Assembly: GCA_050288105.1 (NCBI GenBank)
Contig: JBNKDE010000008.1
Span: 22,683-86,682, forward strand
Direction: 5' to 3'
DNA from: Gammaproteobacteria bacterium
GTDB lineage: Bacteria > Pseudomonadota > Gammaproteobacteria > GCA-001735895
DNA length: 64,000 nucleotides
Position numbers and translations under genes: made by a program. Shown here piece by piece: positions 1 through 10,832 of this stretch (position 1 is the stretch's first letter; each line of letters begins with the position of its first letter). Below the pieces are notes generated by a model, which had not been told where the DNA came from, searched no databases, and saw only the letters and a list, made by a program, of their open reading frames with translations.

Positions 1-1284
1 ACTTCTAAAACGATTAAGACGCAGCAACTGAGAAAACATCTGGAAATTCCCGAATTTCCCGAAGGTTCACCATTTGGTGAGTTATTTAAAAAATTCTTTG
101 ATCAGGATGGTATGGGTATTCCTGACCGTGAAACCAGTTCTTTAGGTTCAGGTTTTATTATCTCTAAAGATGGATATATTCTTACCAATCACCACGTAGT
201 GGATGGTGCAGATGAAGTCATTGTTAGATTGAATAACCGTCAGGAGTACGAAGCAACCGTGGTTGGTTCTGACAAGGATTCTGATGTTGCTTTAATCAAG
301 ATTGAAGGCGATGACTTTCCGGTATTGAAATTTGGTGATTCAAATGAGCTCAAGGTCGGTGAGTGGGTGCTGGCAATCGGATCTCCCTTTGGTTTCGATC
401 ACACGGTGACCGCAGGTATCGTGAGCGCAAAAAGCCGCAGTTTACCCAGTGATAACTATGTACCCTTTATTCAAACCGATGTAGCAATTAACCCAGGTAA
501 CTCAGGGGGACCACTGTTTAATATGGATGGTGAAGTCGTGGGTATCAACTCACAGATCTATAGCCGTTCAGGTGGGTTTATGGGCCTGTCGTTCGCAATT
601 CCTATAGAAATGGCGGTTGATGTGGCCATGCAAATTAAGGATAGCGGTAAAGTTTCTCGCGGCTGGCTAGGTGTACTGATTCAGGAAGTGACTCGTGATC
701 TCGCGGAGACTTTTGGCATGAAAACGCCTCATGGTGCTTTGGTAGCCAAGGTGCTGGATGATAGCCCAGCGCAACAGGCTGGATTGCAGGTGGGTGACGT
801 GATTGTGGAATTTAATGGCAAAAAAGTCACTCGCTCAAGTAGTTTACCTCCTCTGGTTGGTAGAACCCCGGTAGATAAATATGCGGATGTAACCATCATC
901 CGAAACCAGAGGGAGAAAACAATTAAGGTGAAGATTGCCCAGTTACCTTCCGATATTACCCAGGCCTCGGCACCTGTGGTTGAGCCTCAGAAGATTGAGA
1001 AATCTGCATTGGGTATGAGTGTCTCGCCACTGGATCAGGCGACTCGGGATCAATTGAATGTGTCTTCGGGCGTATTGGTAGAAAGCGTGGATGAACAGGG
1101 GCCAGCCAGCAGCGCTGGTATTCGTAAGGGTGATGTCATTAGTATGATCGATAACCATGGCGTCAACAGTATCGATGAGTTTGACCAGGTAGTTGACGGA
1201 TTGAAAGATCAGAAATCGGTAGCGATATTGATTCAGCGCAACAACGGCCCGGTATTTCTGGCAATCAAACCTGATAAGTCCTGA
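1..1284 (+). CDS. degP: DegP/MucD-family periplasmic serine endoprotease (trypsin domain + 2 PDZ); 5' end lies outside the window
   Basis: Frame 1 is open from nt 1. The translation carries GNSGGPL around the catalytic Ser plus an HHVVDGADE motif, and two PDZ-like C-terminal segments. Its position upstream of lepA matches the rpoE-mucD-lepA arrangement. Confidence 0.9.
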   Translation, partial: TSKTIKTQQLRKHLEIPEFPEGSPFGELFKKFFDQDGMGIPDRETSSLGSGFIISKDGYILTNHHVVDGADEVIVRLNNRQEYEATVVGSDKDSDVALIKIEGDDFPVLKFGDSNELKVGEWVLAIGSPFGFDHTVTAGIVSAKSRSLPSDNYVPFIQTDVAINPGNSGGPLFNMDGEVVGINSQIYSRSGGFMGLSFAIPIEMAVDVAMQIKDSGKVSRGWLGVLIQEVTRDLAETFGMKTPHGALVAKVLDDSPAQQAGLQVGDVIVEFNGKKVTRSSSLPPLVGRTPVDKYADVTIIRNQREKTIKVKIAQLPSDITQASAPVVEPQKIEKSALGMSVSPLDQATRDQLNVSSGVLVESVDEQGPASSAGIRKGDVISMIDNHGVNSIDEFDQVVDGLKDQKSVAILIQRNNGPVFLAIKPDKS

Positions 1285-1287
1285 TCC

Positions 1288-1554
1288 TTGACTGACTCAT
1301 CTACACTTCGCTTTACCCTGTATTATCGCGAAAACTGCCACCTGTGCGAGTCCATGAGACTCGCGCTGGTGAAACTGCAGAAAAAGGTCGATTTCGGCTG
1401 GCAGGAGGTCGATATCGACCGGGATACTGACCTGATCTGGCGTTATGACACGCTGGTACCGGTACTGGAATTTGATGGCAAAGAAGTGTGCCATTATTTT
1501 ATAGACGAAGAGGCTATCCGGGATTTGTTATCAAATTGCTCTGGCAACACATAG
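1288..1554 (+). CDS. glutaredoxin-like thioredoxin-fold protein (DUF836-like, CxxC)
   Basis: 88-aa ORF with a CHLC redox motif in a YYRENCHLC context and the length typical of small glutaredoxin-2-like proteins. The start is a TTG 4 nt after the protease stop. Confidence 0.55.
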   Translation: MTDSSTLRFTLYYRENCHLCESMRLALVKLQKKVDFGWQEVDIDRDTDLIWRYDTLVPVLEFDGKEVCHYFIDEEAIRDLLSNCSGNT

Positions 1555-1638
1555 TTTTTTACTAAATTCACTTTCACGCTGTTGCTTTGCAACGCTTTCC
1601 CGTAAAATTCGCAGGCTTTTCAAACCGGGCTTTTATCT

Positions 1639-3435
1639 ATGCGGATGCAGAATATCCGAAACTTTTCCATTATTGCTCATATCGATCACGGTAAATCTAC
1701 TATCGCAGACCGTTTTATCCAGATTTGCGAAGGCTTAACCGAACGCGAAATGTCTGAACAGGTGCTGGATTCTATGGATCTGGAACGTGAGCGTGGAATT
1801 ACCATCAAGGCCCAGTCAGTATCATTGAAATATACCGCCCGAGATGGCGAGGTATACCAGCTGAATTTTATTGATACACCAGGGCATGTCGATTTCTCCT
1901 ACGAGGTCTCACGATCGCTGGCTGCTTGCGAAGGCGCGTTGCTGGTAGTAGATGCCTCGCAAGGTGTAGAGGCGCAGTCGGTAGCAAACTGTTATACCGC
2001 TATTGATATGGATCTGGAAGTGATTCCTGTACTCAACAAAATTGACCTGCCAGCAGCTGATCCCGAGCGGGTTAAGAAAGAGATTGAGGATATTATCGGC
2101 CTGGATGCCAGTGAAGCCATTCAGGTAAGCGCCAAGACCGGTGTCGGAATTGATGATTTGCTGGAGCAGCTGATTGCCAAAGTGCCGCCTCCGCAAGGTG
2201 ATGAGGAATTACCCTGTAAAGCCCTGATTATAGATTCCTGGTTCGATAGCTATGTAGGCGTGATCACCCTGGTGCGCGTTATGCAGGGCCGTATTAAACC
2301 GCGCCAGAAAATAAAAATGATGTCTACCGGCTATGAATTTCTGGTAGACCAGGTAGGTGTCTTTACACCTAAGCGCAAAGCAACCGAACAGCTCTCCAGT
2401 GGGGAGGTTGGCTACATCATATCTGGCATCAAGGATATCGAGTCGGCAAAAGTAGGGGATACGATTACTTTATCGCAAAACCCCGCCGACAGGGCACTGC
2501 CTGGTTTTAAGGAGGTGCAGCCGCGGGTGTTTGCCGGTTTATTTCCGATCAGCTCAGATGATTATGAAGATTGTCGGGAAGCTTTGAAGAAACTTAAATT
2601 GAATGACGCAGCCCTGCAGTTTGAACCGGAAACCTCGCAGGCATTGGGTTTTGGCTTTCGTTGCGGGTTTCTGGGTATGCTGCATATGGAAATCGTGCAG
2701 GAGCGCCTGGAGCGTGAATACGATCTGGACCTGATCACAACAGCGCCAACGGTTATCTATCAGGTGGAAAGCACTTCGGGTGAAGTGATCGAAATCCATA
2801 ACCCGTCCGAACTGCCTGCGGTTAATAAAATCAATGAGATACGTGAACCGATCATTCGTGCCAATATCCTCACGCCTGAAGCTTATATTGGTGCCATCAT
2901 CACCTTGTGTATAGAAAAGCGAGGGGTACAGAAGCAGATCCAGTATATGGGGAGTCAGGTCTCTATTGTTTATGAATTACCGATGAGCGAAGTCGTGCTG
3001 GATTTCTTTGACCGTTTAAAGAGTGTTAGTCGTGGCTATGCCTCTTTCGACTATGAGTTTGTCAGGTTTGAGGCGGCCAATCTGGTGAAACTGGACGTGT
3101 TGATTAATAGTGAGCGCGTGGATGCTTTATCCATCATTGTTCATCGTGATAATGCTGACTATCGAGGACGCGAACTGGCCAGTAAGATGAAAGACCTGAT
3201 TCCGCGCCAGATGTTTGATGTCGCCATACAGGCTGCGATAGGTGCCCATATCATCGCCAGAACGAATGTGAAGGCGCTACGAAAAAATGTAACGGCAAAA
3301 TGTTATGGTGGTGATGTTTCTCGTAAAAAGAAACTGCTTGAAAAACAGAAGGCCGGTAAAAAACGTATGAAACAGGTTGGACGTGTCGAAATTCCGCAGG
3401 ATGCCTTTCTAGCCGTGCTACAGGTAGATAAGTAA
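1639..3435 (+). CDS. lepA: elongation factor 4 (LepA)
   Basis: N-terminal GTPase motifs [14 protein letters not shown] and DTPGHVDF, with the LepA-specific C-terminal domain. The true start may be the second Met at 1645. Confidence 0.95.
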   Translation: MRMQNIRNFSIIAHIDHGKSTIADRFIQICEGLTEREMSEQVLDSMDLERERGITIKAQSVSLKYTARDGEVYQLNFIDTPGHVDFSYEVSRSLAACEGALLVVDASQGVEAQSVANCYTAIDMDLEVIPVLNKIDLPAADPERVKKEIEDIIGLDASEAIQVSAKTGVGIDDLLEQLIAKVPPPQGDEELPCKALIIDSWFDSYVGVITLVRVMQGRIKPRQKIKMMSTGYEFLVDQVGVFTPKRKATEQLSSGEVGYIISGIKDIESAKVGDTITLSQNPADRALPGFKEVQPRVFAGLFPISSDDYEDCREALKKLKLNDAALQFEPETSQALGFGFRCGFLGMLHMEIVQERLEREYDLDLITTAPTVIYQVESTSGEVIEIHNPSELPAVNKINEIREPIIRANILTPEAYIGAIITLCIEKRGVQKQIQYMGSQVSIVYELPMSEVVLDFFDRLKSVSRGYASFDYEFVRFEAANLVKLDVLINSERVDALSIIVHRDNADYRGRELASKMKDLIPRQMFDVAIQAAIGAHIIARTNVKALRKNVTAKCYGGDVSRKKKLLEKQKAGKKRMKQVGRVEIPQDAFLAVLQVDK

Positions 3436-3496
3436 CCCTGTTCTGGCTGGTTTCGGGCTTATCGAAGATTTTAATATTATAAGGGTTGAATTTAAT

Positions 3497-4294
3497 ATGA
3501 TTCATTTTGATTTTGAATTTGTACTGGTCGCTGCAGTTGCTCTGAGTGGCTTTATATGGCTTGTTGATAAGCTTTTCCTGGCTTCAAAAAGGCAGCTCAA
3601 ATCCAGTGGCACCTCATCACCTGATCCAGTACTGGTTGAATATTCCAAGTCCTTTTTCCCTGTCCTGCTTGCGGTGTTGATCCTGCGTTCTTTTATTTAT
3701 GAACCGTTTCGCATTCCATCAGGATCTATGATGCCAACGCTGCTGGTGGGTGATTTCATCCTGGTGAATAAATATACTTACGGTCTACGTCTGCCGGTGC
3801 TACATACGCAGGTGACCGAAGGCGTTAAACCGGCACGAGGTGATGTCGCTGTATTTCGCTTTCCTAACGATGAGTCGGTCGATTTTATTAAGCGGGTTAT
3901 TGGCTTACCAGGGGATCACGTGAGCTATTATGGTCGCCGCCTGATTATCAACGGCAAGGCTCTGGAGGTAGATTTTAAGGAAGATTATCCGGGGCAGGGT
4001 ACTGGCAAGGATAATATGAAAGGTGCCAAAGTTTATGTTGAACAGCAGGGAAATCATTCCTATACCATGATGACGGATCCCGCTGTTGAATTTAGTACTG
4101 AAGGAGAGCTGGTAGTACCGGAAGGTCATTACTTTGTCATGGGTGATAACCGCGATCACAGTAACGATAGCCGTTACTGGGGATTTGTGCCGGAAAATAA
4201 TCTGGTTGGTAAAGCGGTTCGCATCTGGATGCACTGGGATTGGCGAGATGGCGGTAGTGGTCTAGACTTATCAAGGATTGGGCAGAAAATATAA
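3497..4294 (+). CDS. lepB: signal peptidase I
   Basis: SGSMMPTL catalytic Ser box, GDNRDHSNDSRYWGFV box, N-terminal TM. Position after lepA. Confidence 0.95.
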   Translation: MIHFDFEFVLVAAVALSGFIWLVDKLFLASKRQLKSSGTSSPDPVLVEYSKSFFPVLLAVLILRSFIYEPFRIPSGSMMPTLLVGDFILVNKYTYGLRLPVLHTQVTEGVKPARGDVAVFRFPNDESVDFIKRVIGLPGDHVSYYGRRLIINGKALEVDFKEDYPGQGTGKDNMKGAKVYVEQQGNHSYTMMTDPAVEFSTEGELVVPEGHYFVMGDNRDHSNDSRYWGFVPENNLVGKAVRIWMHWDWRDGGSGLDLSRIGQKI

Positions 4295-4305
4295 ATGAGA
4301 TCAAT

Positions 4306-4674
4306 ATGAATAAACATTCTCAAAAAGGTATTACAACAGTTGGCTGGATAATTATTATCGCTATTTTTGGTAGCATTGTGCTTACCGGCCTGAAAATCTT
4401 ACCCATGTATCTGGAATATTTTAACGTTCAATCGGTGGTGGATTCCGTCGTGAACGATCCCAGTATAGACGCAACATCGAAAAAAGACTTATGGACCGCC
4501 ATCAACAAACGTCTGCTGATTAATCAGGTGCGCAGTATCAAGCGCGAGAATGTCAGCTTTTCACGCAAAGATGGCGTGACCACGATTGTTGTTGATTACA
4601 ATGTCGAAAAGCCCTATATCGCTCAGCTTTATCTGGGTGGCAGGTTTAATTACACAGCAGAGATTAAAAGGTGA
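4306..4674 (+). CDS. DUF4845-family small membrane protein
   Basis: N-terminal TM helix (GWIIIIAIFGSIVLTGL). The conserved position between lepB and rnc is typical of DUF4845. Confidence 0.65.
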   Translation: MNKHSQKGITTVGWIIIIAIFGSIVLTGLKILPMYLEYFNVQSVVDSVVNDPSIDATSKKDLWTAINKRLLINQVRSIKRENVSFSRKDGVTTIVVDYNVEKPYIAQLYLGGRFNYTAEIKR

Positions 4675-5345
4675 AACCACTGCAGCAATTGCAGACAGTC
4701 ATCCACTATCAGTTTAAAAAGGATGAACTACTGCAGCAGGCGATGACACATCGCAGCTTTTCTAAAAATCGAAACAACGAAACACTGGAATTTCTCGGTG
4801 ACAGTATCCTGGGGCTGGTGATTTCTGAGCACCTCTACCTGCGTCTGGAGGATGCGACTGAAGGCGAGCTGAGCCGCATTCGTGCCAGCCTGGTTAAGGA
4901 AGATGCGTTGGCCACGGTGGCACGTGACATCAACCTGGGTGATTTTCTTCAACTGGGGAGTGGAGAACTCAAAAGCGGCGGTTTTAGACGCGCATCCATT
5001 CTGTCAGATGCGATGGAAGCCCTGTTTGGCGCGATCTATCTGGATGGAGGGTTCGAACAGTGCCGAAAAACGATACTTTTCCTCTACGATGATTACCTGG
5101 TTACGTTGCCTTCGCCAGGAGATTTGAAAGACCCGAAAACTACCCTGCAGGAATATCTGCAAAGCCATAAGCACGATCTGCCCGAATATGAAGTGATCAA
5201 AACCGAGGGCAAGTCGCATGATCAAACCTTCACTGTGGAATGTCGCATCGATGCGATGAGCATCAGTACCAAAGGCAAGGGAAGCAGTCGTAAGAAAGCA
5301 GAACAGATGGCCGCATCCAGGGCACTGGGCCAGGCCAGAAAATGA
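4671..5345 (+). CDS. rnc: ribonuclease III
   Basis: RNase III signature ERLEFLGDSILG and a C-terminal dsRBD. Overlaps the upstream and downstream genes by 4 nt. Confidence 0.95.
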   Translation: MKPLQQLQTVIHYQFKKDELLQQAMTHRSFSKNRNNETLEFLGDSILGLVISEHLYLRLEDATEGELSRIRASLVKEDALATVARDINLGDFLQLGSGELKSGGFRRASILSDAMEALFGAIYLDGGFEQCRKTILFLYDDYLVTLPSPGDLKDPKTTLQEYLQSHKHDLPEYEVIKTEGKSHDQTFTVECRIDAMSISTKGKGSSRKKAEQMAASRALGQARK

Positions 5346-6235
5346 CCCCTGAAGGTTTTCAATGCGGTTATGTCGCCCTGGTCGGGAAACCAAATACCGG
5401 AAAATCAACCTTGATGAATGCGCTGGTGGGTGAAAAACTCAGTATTACTGCGCACCGACCTCAAACGACGCGCCATCAAATCCTGGGCATACTGACGACA
5501 GACGCTTATCAATGTATTTTTGTCGACACCCCAGGTATCCATCAGGATCAGAAAAAAGCGATCAATCGCTATATGAACCGGGCGGCAACCAGTATGCTGG
5601 GCGACGTCGACCTGATCTGTGTGTTACTGGAGGCGAGAAGCATCAATGGGGACGATGAGCAGATATTGCAGAGGCTTCAGCAGCATAAAAATGTCATCGT
5701 CCTGATCAATAAAATCGATCAGATTAAAAAACAGGATCTGTTGCCTTTAATGCAAAAAATATCTCGCTGGTTGCCTGATGTAGATATCATACCGATCTCT
5801 GCGCTTGAAAAGCAGAATCTGGAGCAATTGATGGTGCAGATTCGTTCTCGTTTGCCAACCGCAATACCGCATTTCCCCGCCGACCAGCTTACCGATAAAC
5901 CGATGCGCTTTATTGTTGCGGAAATCGTGCGCGAAAAATTATTCCGTATGCTCACGCAGGAGCTACCCTACGCATTAACGGTGAATGTCGAGCATTATGT
6001 TCATGAGTCGGATATGGTGCGTATTTCAGCTTCCATCTGGGTCGAAAGAAAATCACAGAAAGGCATAGTGATTGGCAATCAGGGGCGCATGCTTAAGAAA
6101 ATTGGCTCCGAGGCACGTAAAGATATTGAACGCCTGGTGCAAAGTAAGGTTTATCTGCAGCTTTGGGTTAAGGTCCGCGAAGACTGGTCCGACGATGAAC
6201 GTTCGCTGGCGGCATTTGGCTACTCCAATGACTGA
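5342..6235 (+). CDS. era: GTPase Era
   Basis: G1 GKPNTGKST, G3 DTPG, a C-terminal KH domain, and the rnc-era linkage. Confidence 0.95.
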   Translation: MTPEGFQCGYVALVGKPNTGKSTLMNALVGEKLSITAHRPQTTRHQILGILTTDAYQCIFVDTPGIHQDQKKAINRYMNRAATSMLGDVDLICVLLEARSINGDDEQILQRLQQHKNVIVLINKIDQIKKQDLLPLMQKISRWLPDVDIIPISALEKQNLEQLMVQIRSRLPTAIPHFPADQLTDKPMRFIVAEIVREKLFRMLTQELPYALTVNVEHYVHESDMVRISASIWVERKSQKGIVIGNQGRMLKKIGSEARKDIERLVQSKVYLQLWVKVREDWSDDERSLAAFGYSND

Positions 6236-6287
6236 GGCCCAGTCTGTATTATACCGGGATCTAGTTTCTTCCCAGCAGGCCTGATAT

Positions 6288-7004
6288 ATGCAAATGCACG
6301 TGCATGATCAGGCCGCCTTTCTCCTGCATCGTCGTGAATATCAGAATACCAGCCTGATCGTAGAAATATTTACCCGGGATCATGGCCGAATGAGTCTGCT
6401 GGCGCGGGGTGCGCGCGCAAGACGCGATGTGTCACACTTCCAGATTGCAAACCGTCTGCAACTGGGCTGGACAGGCCGTTCAGAACTGAAGGTTTTAACC
6501 TCGATAGAAAGCCGCTCGCTAGAGGTGCCTGAGACCTGCATGATCGCCGTATTTTATCTGAATGAACTATTGATGTATCTGTTACCCAAACAGGATGCCT
6601 ATGCAGATTTATTTGAGCTTTATCAACTTACTCTGCTACAGATGGATACAGATTCCCTGGAACCCTTACTCAGAAAATTTGAGTATGACATGCTGACGGC
6701 GCTGGGATTGATGCCTGACCTGGGTATTGACTGTCTAAGCGGCTTTCCCGTTGAAAGTGACGTCTGCTATCACCTGCATCCTGCTGAAGGCCTGATCAAG
6801 GTTGATGAACCGGGTGGTCAGTTTTACCGTGGGCAGCACTTGCAGGCCATGCTGGCGGGTGACTTTAGTTCCGCTGCCACATTACAAACAGCAAAGCGAG
6901 TAATGCGCTCGATTATCGATTTAAACCTGCAGGGGAGAACGTTACAATCGCGTACATTCTATCAACAGATGATTCAAAGGAATAAGGGCAAAGTATCAAA
7001 ATGA
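6288..7004 (+). CDS. recO: DNA repair protein RecO
   Basis: Conserved era-recO-pdxJ order, about 240 aa, with an N-terminal OB-fold-like region. Confidence 0.8.
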   Translation: MQMHVHDQAAFLLHRREYQNTSLIVEIFTRDHGRMSLLARGARARRDVSHFQIANRLQLGWTGRSELKVLTSIESRSLEVPETCMIAVFYLNELLMYLLPKQDAYADLFELYQLTLLQMDTDSLEPLLRKFEYDMLTALGLMPDLGIDCLSGFPVESDVCYHLHPAEGLIKVDEPGGQFYRGQHLQAMLAGDFSSAATLQTAKRVMRSIIDLNLQGRTLQSRTFYQQMIQRNKGKVSK

Positions 7005-7741
7005 ACAGTCAAAATATTCTGCTAGGTGTCAATATCGACCATGTCGCAACCTTACGTCAAGCGCGGGGGACTCGTTATCCAGACCCGGTGACCGCCGCTT
7101 TGATCGCAGAACAGTCGGGTGCTGATTCGATTACCTTTCATTTGCGCGAAGATCAGCGCCATATACAGAAAAGAGATTGCTACCTGCTAAAGCAAATGGT
7201 TCAGAGCAAGCTTAATCTGGAGATGGCGGTGACGGACGAAATGCTGGATTTTGCTGCTGAGTTACAACCTCAGGATTGCTGTCTGGTACCGGAGAAAAGA
7301 GAAGAGCTTACCACCGAAGGTGGGCTGGATGTGGTTCAGGGGTTTTCGCGTGTTAAAACAGCCTGTGAGCGTCTGGCTCAATGTGGCGTCAGGGTTTCAT
7401 TGTTCATTGATGCAGATGAAGCCCAGATCGATGCGGCCATTGCCTGTGGTGCGCCTGTTATTGAACTACATACTGGTCACTACGCCGATGCCAGCGCTGC
7501 TGAGCAGCAACGTCTATTAGATCAGATTAATCATGCTGTTGATTATGCCAGTGATAGAGGCCTGCAGGTGAATGCCGGGCATGGACTACACATACATAAT
7601 GTTCAGGCCATTGCAGCCAATACAAAAATTGTTGAGCTGAATATCGGGCATGCAATCATTGCGGATGCGGTATTCAATGGCCTGGCCAGTTCGGTTAGAG
7701 AAATGAAACGCCTAATGATAGAAGCTCGTTTATTAAAATGA
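7001..7741 (+). CDS. pdxJ: pyridoxine 5'-phosphate synthase
   Basis: [16 protein letters not shown]-terminus characteristic of PdxJ; 246 aa. Confidence 0.95.
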   Translation: MNSQNILLGVNIDHVATLRQARGTRYPDPVTAALIAEQSGADSITFHLREDQRHIQKRDCYLLKQMVQSKLNLEMAVTDEMLDFAAELQPQDCCLVPEKREELTTEGGLDVVQGFSRVKTACERLAQCGVRVSLFIDADEAQIDAAIACGAPVIELHTGHYADASAAEQQRLLDQINHAVDYASDRGLQVNAGHGLHIHNVQAIAANTKIVELNIGHAIIADAVFNGLASSVREMKRLMIEARLLK

Positions 7742-8118
7742 TTGCAGGACTGGGTGTCGATATTGTTGAAATCGAACGTACTAAAAAGCTGCTAGATCGC
7801 TTTGGAGAACGGTTTATCAATCGCGTGTTAACGGCTAATGAGATCCAGCAGTTTGAGTATCGCAATTGCTCTGCCACCTTTTTGTCCAGTCGATTTGCCG
7901 CTAAAGAAGCTGCCAGTAAAGCCCTGGGTAAGGGCATTGCTGCCGGGGTGAATTTTCACTCATTCGAGGTCAGCAACGATAAGTATGGAAAACCACAGCT
8001 GCAGTTACATGGTGCGGCACTTGAATTGAGTCAGCAAATGAAAGTTACAAGGACTCTGTTAACCCTATCAGACGAAAAGCACTATGCAGTTGCCATGGTG
8101 GTGATGGAGACAGACTGA
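7738..8118 (+). CDS. acpS: holo-[acyl-carrier-protein] synthase
   Basis: 126 aa, GxGxDIVEI start, conserved position after pdxJ. Confidence 0.9.
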   Translation: MIAGLGVDIVEIERTKKLLDRFGERFINRVLTANEIQQFEYRNCSATFLSSRFAAKEAASKALGKGIAAGVNFHSFEVSNDKYGKPQLQLHGAALELSQQMKVTRTLLTLSDEKHYAVAMVVMETD

Positions 8119-8123
8119 CCGGA

Positions 8124-10832
8124 TCATGCTGTGCTTTTGATATTCATTTCAGCAAGTATATGATTAATCTCCTGTAACTCAGTGCGAACGTTCTGTGCAA
8201 TGTCTGGTATATCATGCACGGCAGTGTTTTTTGCGCGTTCGTACTGGTCGAGTAACTGTTTGAGTTTAGGAAGCCCTGCATAACAGGTTACACCATGAAG
8301 CTTATGCATAATCTTTTCAAAATCTGCCATAGAGCTCTGCTCAATCGCAAGCTGGAGATTTTTTCGATAGCTGGGGATTTCCTGTACTAACATGCTGAAT
8401 ATCTGATCTACCAGTTTTTGATTACTGGCAGATAACTTGTAGGTTAAATCAGTATCTACCGATAATTCTATATTCTGAACAAAGGTTTCTGTTGAGGGCT
8501 CATTATCTTCAACTTCGGCTTTGTCTAGCAGGGCTTTCAGTTTATTTTCTTCAATCGGTTTGCTGAAATAGGCGTCAAAACCTAAATCTAATAAACGTTT
8601 CTTTTCAGACTCCAGTATGTTGGCAGTGATTGCTGCTATGGGTGCTTTTAAATCTGGTTTCTCCTCACGCATCATCTGCATGAGTTTTACGCCATCGATT
8701 TCGGGCATCTGGATATCCAGCAGAATAAGGTCAAAGTTCTTGACGCGAAATAGTTGCATAGCCTGGGTGGCATTACTCGCTTCAAACGGGTGGTGCCCCC
8801 ATAATTGAGCAAGCTCAACCGCCAGTGCCAGGTTTATCGGATTATCGTCGACGATCAAAACACTATGTGGAGAAACTTCAGGGTCAGTTTGTGGCCTGAT
8901 CGCGACTTCCAGGCTTTGCTGTGATCTGGTTAAAAGGCGCTGCAGGTTTTTACAGGTATTGATTACGGAAATGAATTCAAAAGCTTCATCAGCTGGAAGT
9001 TTTATCAGGCTTAAATCATAGTGCATGAGAATAATTCGTTTCTGATGACGTAAGGAAGCATCAAACAGTTGTTCTGGTTGAATACTCGTATGTCTCAGAT
9101 CCATCACGATGAAATCGATATATGCCAGATTTTGGGCTATCTGAGATTGAATTTTGGGTATATCAACTTGCGCATCAATCAGCATAAATTCGGTATTAAA
9201 GCCTGCTCGATTATACAGCGATTGAATCTCGTTTAAGGTTCTCTGGTCAAAAGCGACAATCAGGCAGGTATCGGTAGGCGCAGGGCTTACATGCTGCTCC
9301 TGATCCTCCTCACTACAGGTTTTGAAGGGTAGCGTCAGGGTAAATAAGGATCCAAAGTTGGTGACGCTATCCAGTATGATATCTCCCCCTAGTAAATGAG
9401 CCAGGTTTTTCGAGATTACCAGGCCCAGACCTGTTCCAGAAAAACGCCGATTGCTATCGGATTCAATTTGTTTAAAGGCCTGGAATAGCTGCTTTTGATC
9501 TTCTTTGGAAATTCCAATACCTGAATCGCGTATCTTGAACTTGATTACGACCTGGTCATCGCTTTCTTCTTCCAGATGCACGACTATTTCTACATAGCCA
9601 GCGTCGGTGAATTTAATTGCGTTACCGATAAGATTGATCAGAATTTGTTTGAGGCGTAATTTATCTCCAATCAAAAACTGTGGTGTATCGCTATAGATTG
9701 TCAGGAATAGATCTATTTTTTTATCCATAGCGGCAGTAAACAGGCTATCACGCGTGGCTTCTACCAGTTCATATAAATCAAAGCGTCCTTCTATGATTTC
9801 TACTTTATCCGATTCTATTTTGGAAAAATCCAGTACCTCATTCACAATGCTACTCAGATCCGAAGTTGACTGGTTGATGATTTCAGCGTAGCGACGCTGC
9901 TGTGAATTTAGGTTTGTCTGTGTCAGTAAATTCGCAAAGCCCTTGATACCATTGATAGGCGTTCGGATTTCGTGACTGATGTTGGCAAGAAACTGTGATT
10001 TTACTTTATTAGCATTCTGGGCCTCATCTCTGGCCAGGGAGATTTCACGATTTTTATACTCGAGATCGGTAATAGCGTTCATTAAGTCCAGCGTTGCTGT
10101 TTTGATTTTCTGGTCAAGCTGCATACGATTAGCAAGCAGTGATTGCGACATGCTGTTGAAGCCTTTTTGCACATCACCGATTTCATTATTCTCTACGGGT
10201 TTGATCACCTCTCCGAGGTGACCGGTTTCAATTTTCTTCAGATAATCTATCAGGGTAAATACGGGCTGGGTAATACGTCGACTGATGAAAAAAGTGAGCA
10301 CCACTGCGAGTAACATAGTTGTGCAGAAGACAATGAGCGCTTCCTTATAGATTGCTATTTTGCTTTCATGCAGCCGCTGTCGTGAGATATACAAATGCAC
10401 CCAGCCCAGATTTCGAAAGCTATCCAGAGAGGAGTTAATCTGTGTGCTAAAAACATCAGCGCCTTCAAGGTTCTGGGTTTGAATTGGGTAACGGTAATAC
10501 AGGTATTGAGAGCTGTCAGCGGCGGAATATTCTTTAGAACTTACCTGAGCGATTTCATCGCCTTTACTGTCGTACACCGCAGTAAAAACAATATCATTGG
10601 TATTCACAGAGCGATTTAATAGATATTGAATGTGCTCATAGTTACCGGAAAAAAGATCAAATTCCGATGCTCCAGCGATTTGTTTGGCAATGATCTCGCC
10701 TTTGCTCTGTAATATTTTCCCCGCCTGGGTAATACTGTTGTTAACGTGAATATAGGTGAGTATCACGGCAATCATAAATACCGGGATCATCATGATCATC
10801 AGGATCTGTAGTTTGATGCTGTGACGTCTCAC
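8124..10832 (-). CDS. hybrid sensor histidine kinase of BarA/GacS architecture (2 TM + periplasmic domain, HAMP, HisKA, HATPase, receiver, C-terminal Hpt)
   Basis: Carries the H-box SHEIRTPINGI, G-boxes, a receiver domain (LIVDDNPINL...D) and an Hpt motif (HKLHGVTCYAGL). The HAMP-to-H-box linker strongly resembles BarA/GacS. Starts with GTG and overlaps the upstream ORF by 4 nt. Confidence 0.85.
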   Translation of the reverse strand: MRRHSIKLQILMIMMIPVFMIAVILTYIHVNNSITQAGKILQSKGEIIAKQIAGASEFDLFSGNYEHIQYLLNRSVNTNDIVFTAVYDSKGDEIAQVSSKEYSAADSSQYLYYRYPIQTQNLEGADVFSTQINSSLDSFRNLGWVHLYISRQRLHESKIAIYKEALIVFCTTMLLAVVLTFFISRRITQPVFTLIDYLKKIETGHLGEVIKPVENNEIGDVQKGFNSMSQSLLANRMQLDQKIKTATLDLMNAITDLEYKNREISLARDEAQNANKVKSQFLANISHEIRTPINGIKGFANLLTQTNLNSQQRRYAEIINQSTSDLSSIVNEVLDFSKIESDKVEIIEGRFDLYELVEATRDSLFTAAMDKKIDLFLTIYSDTPQFLIGDKLRLKQILINLIGNAIKFTDAGYVEIVVHLEEESDDQVVIKFKIRDSGIGISKEDQKQLFQAFKQIESDSNRRFSGTGLGLVISKNLAHLLGGDIILDSVTNFGSLFTLTLPFKTCSEEDQEQHVSPAPTDTCLIVAFDQRTLNEIQSLYNRAGFNTEFMLIDAQVDIPKIQSQIAQNLAYIDFIVMDLRHTSIQPEQLFDASLRHQKRIILMHYDLSLIKLPADEAFEFISVINTCKNLQRLLTRSQQSLEVAIRPQTDPEVSPHSVLIVDDNPINLALAVELAQLWGHHPFEASNATQAMQLFRVKNFDLILLDIQMPEIDGVKLMQMMREEKPDLKAPIAAITANILESEKKRLLDLGFDAYFSKPIEENKLKALLDKAEVEDNEPSTETFVQNIELSVDTDLTYKLSASNQKLVDQIFSMLVQEIPSYRKNLQLAIEQSSMADFEKIMHKLHGVTCYAGLPKLKQLLDQYERAKNTAVHDIPDIAQNVRTELQEINHILAEMNIKSTA

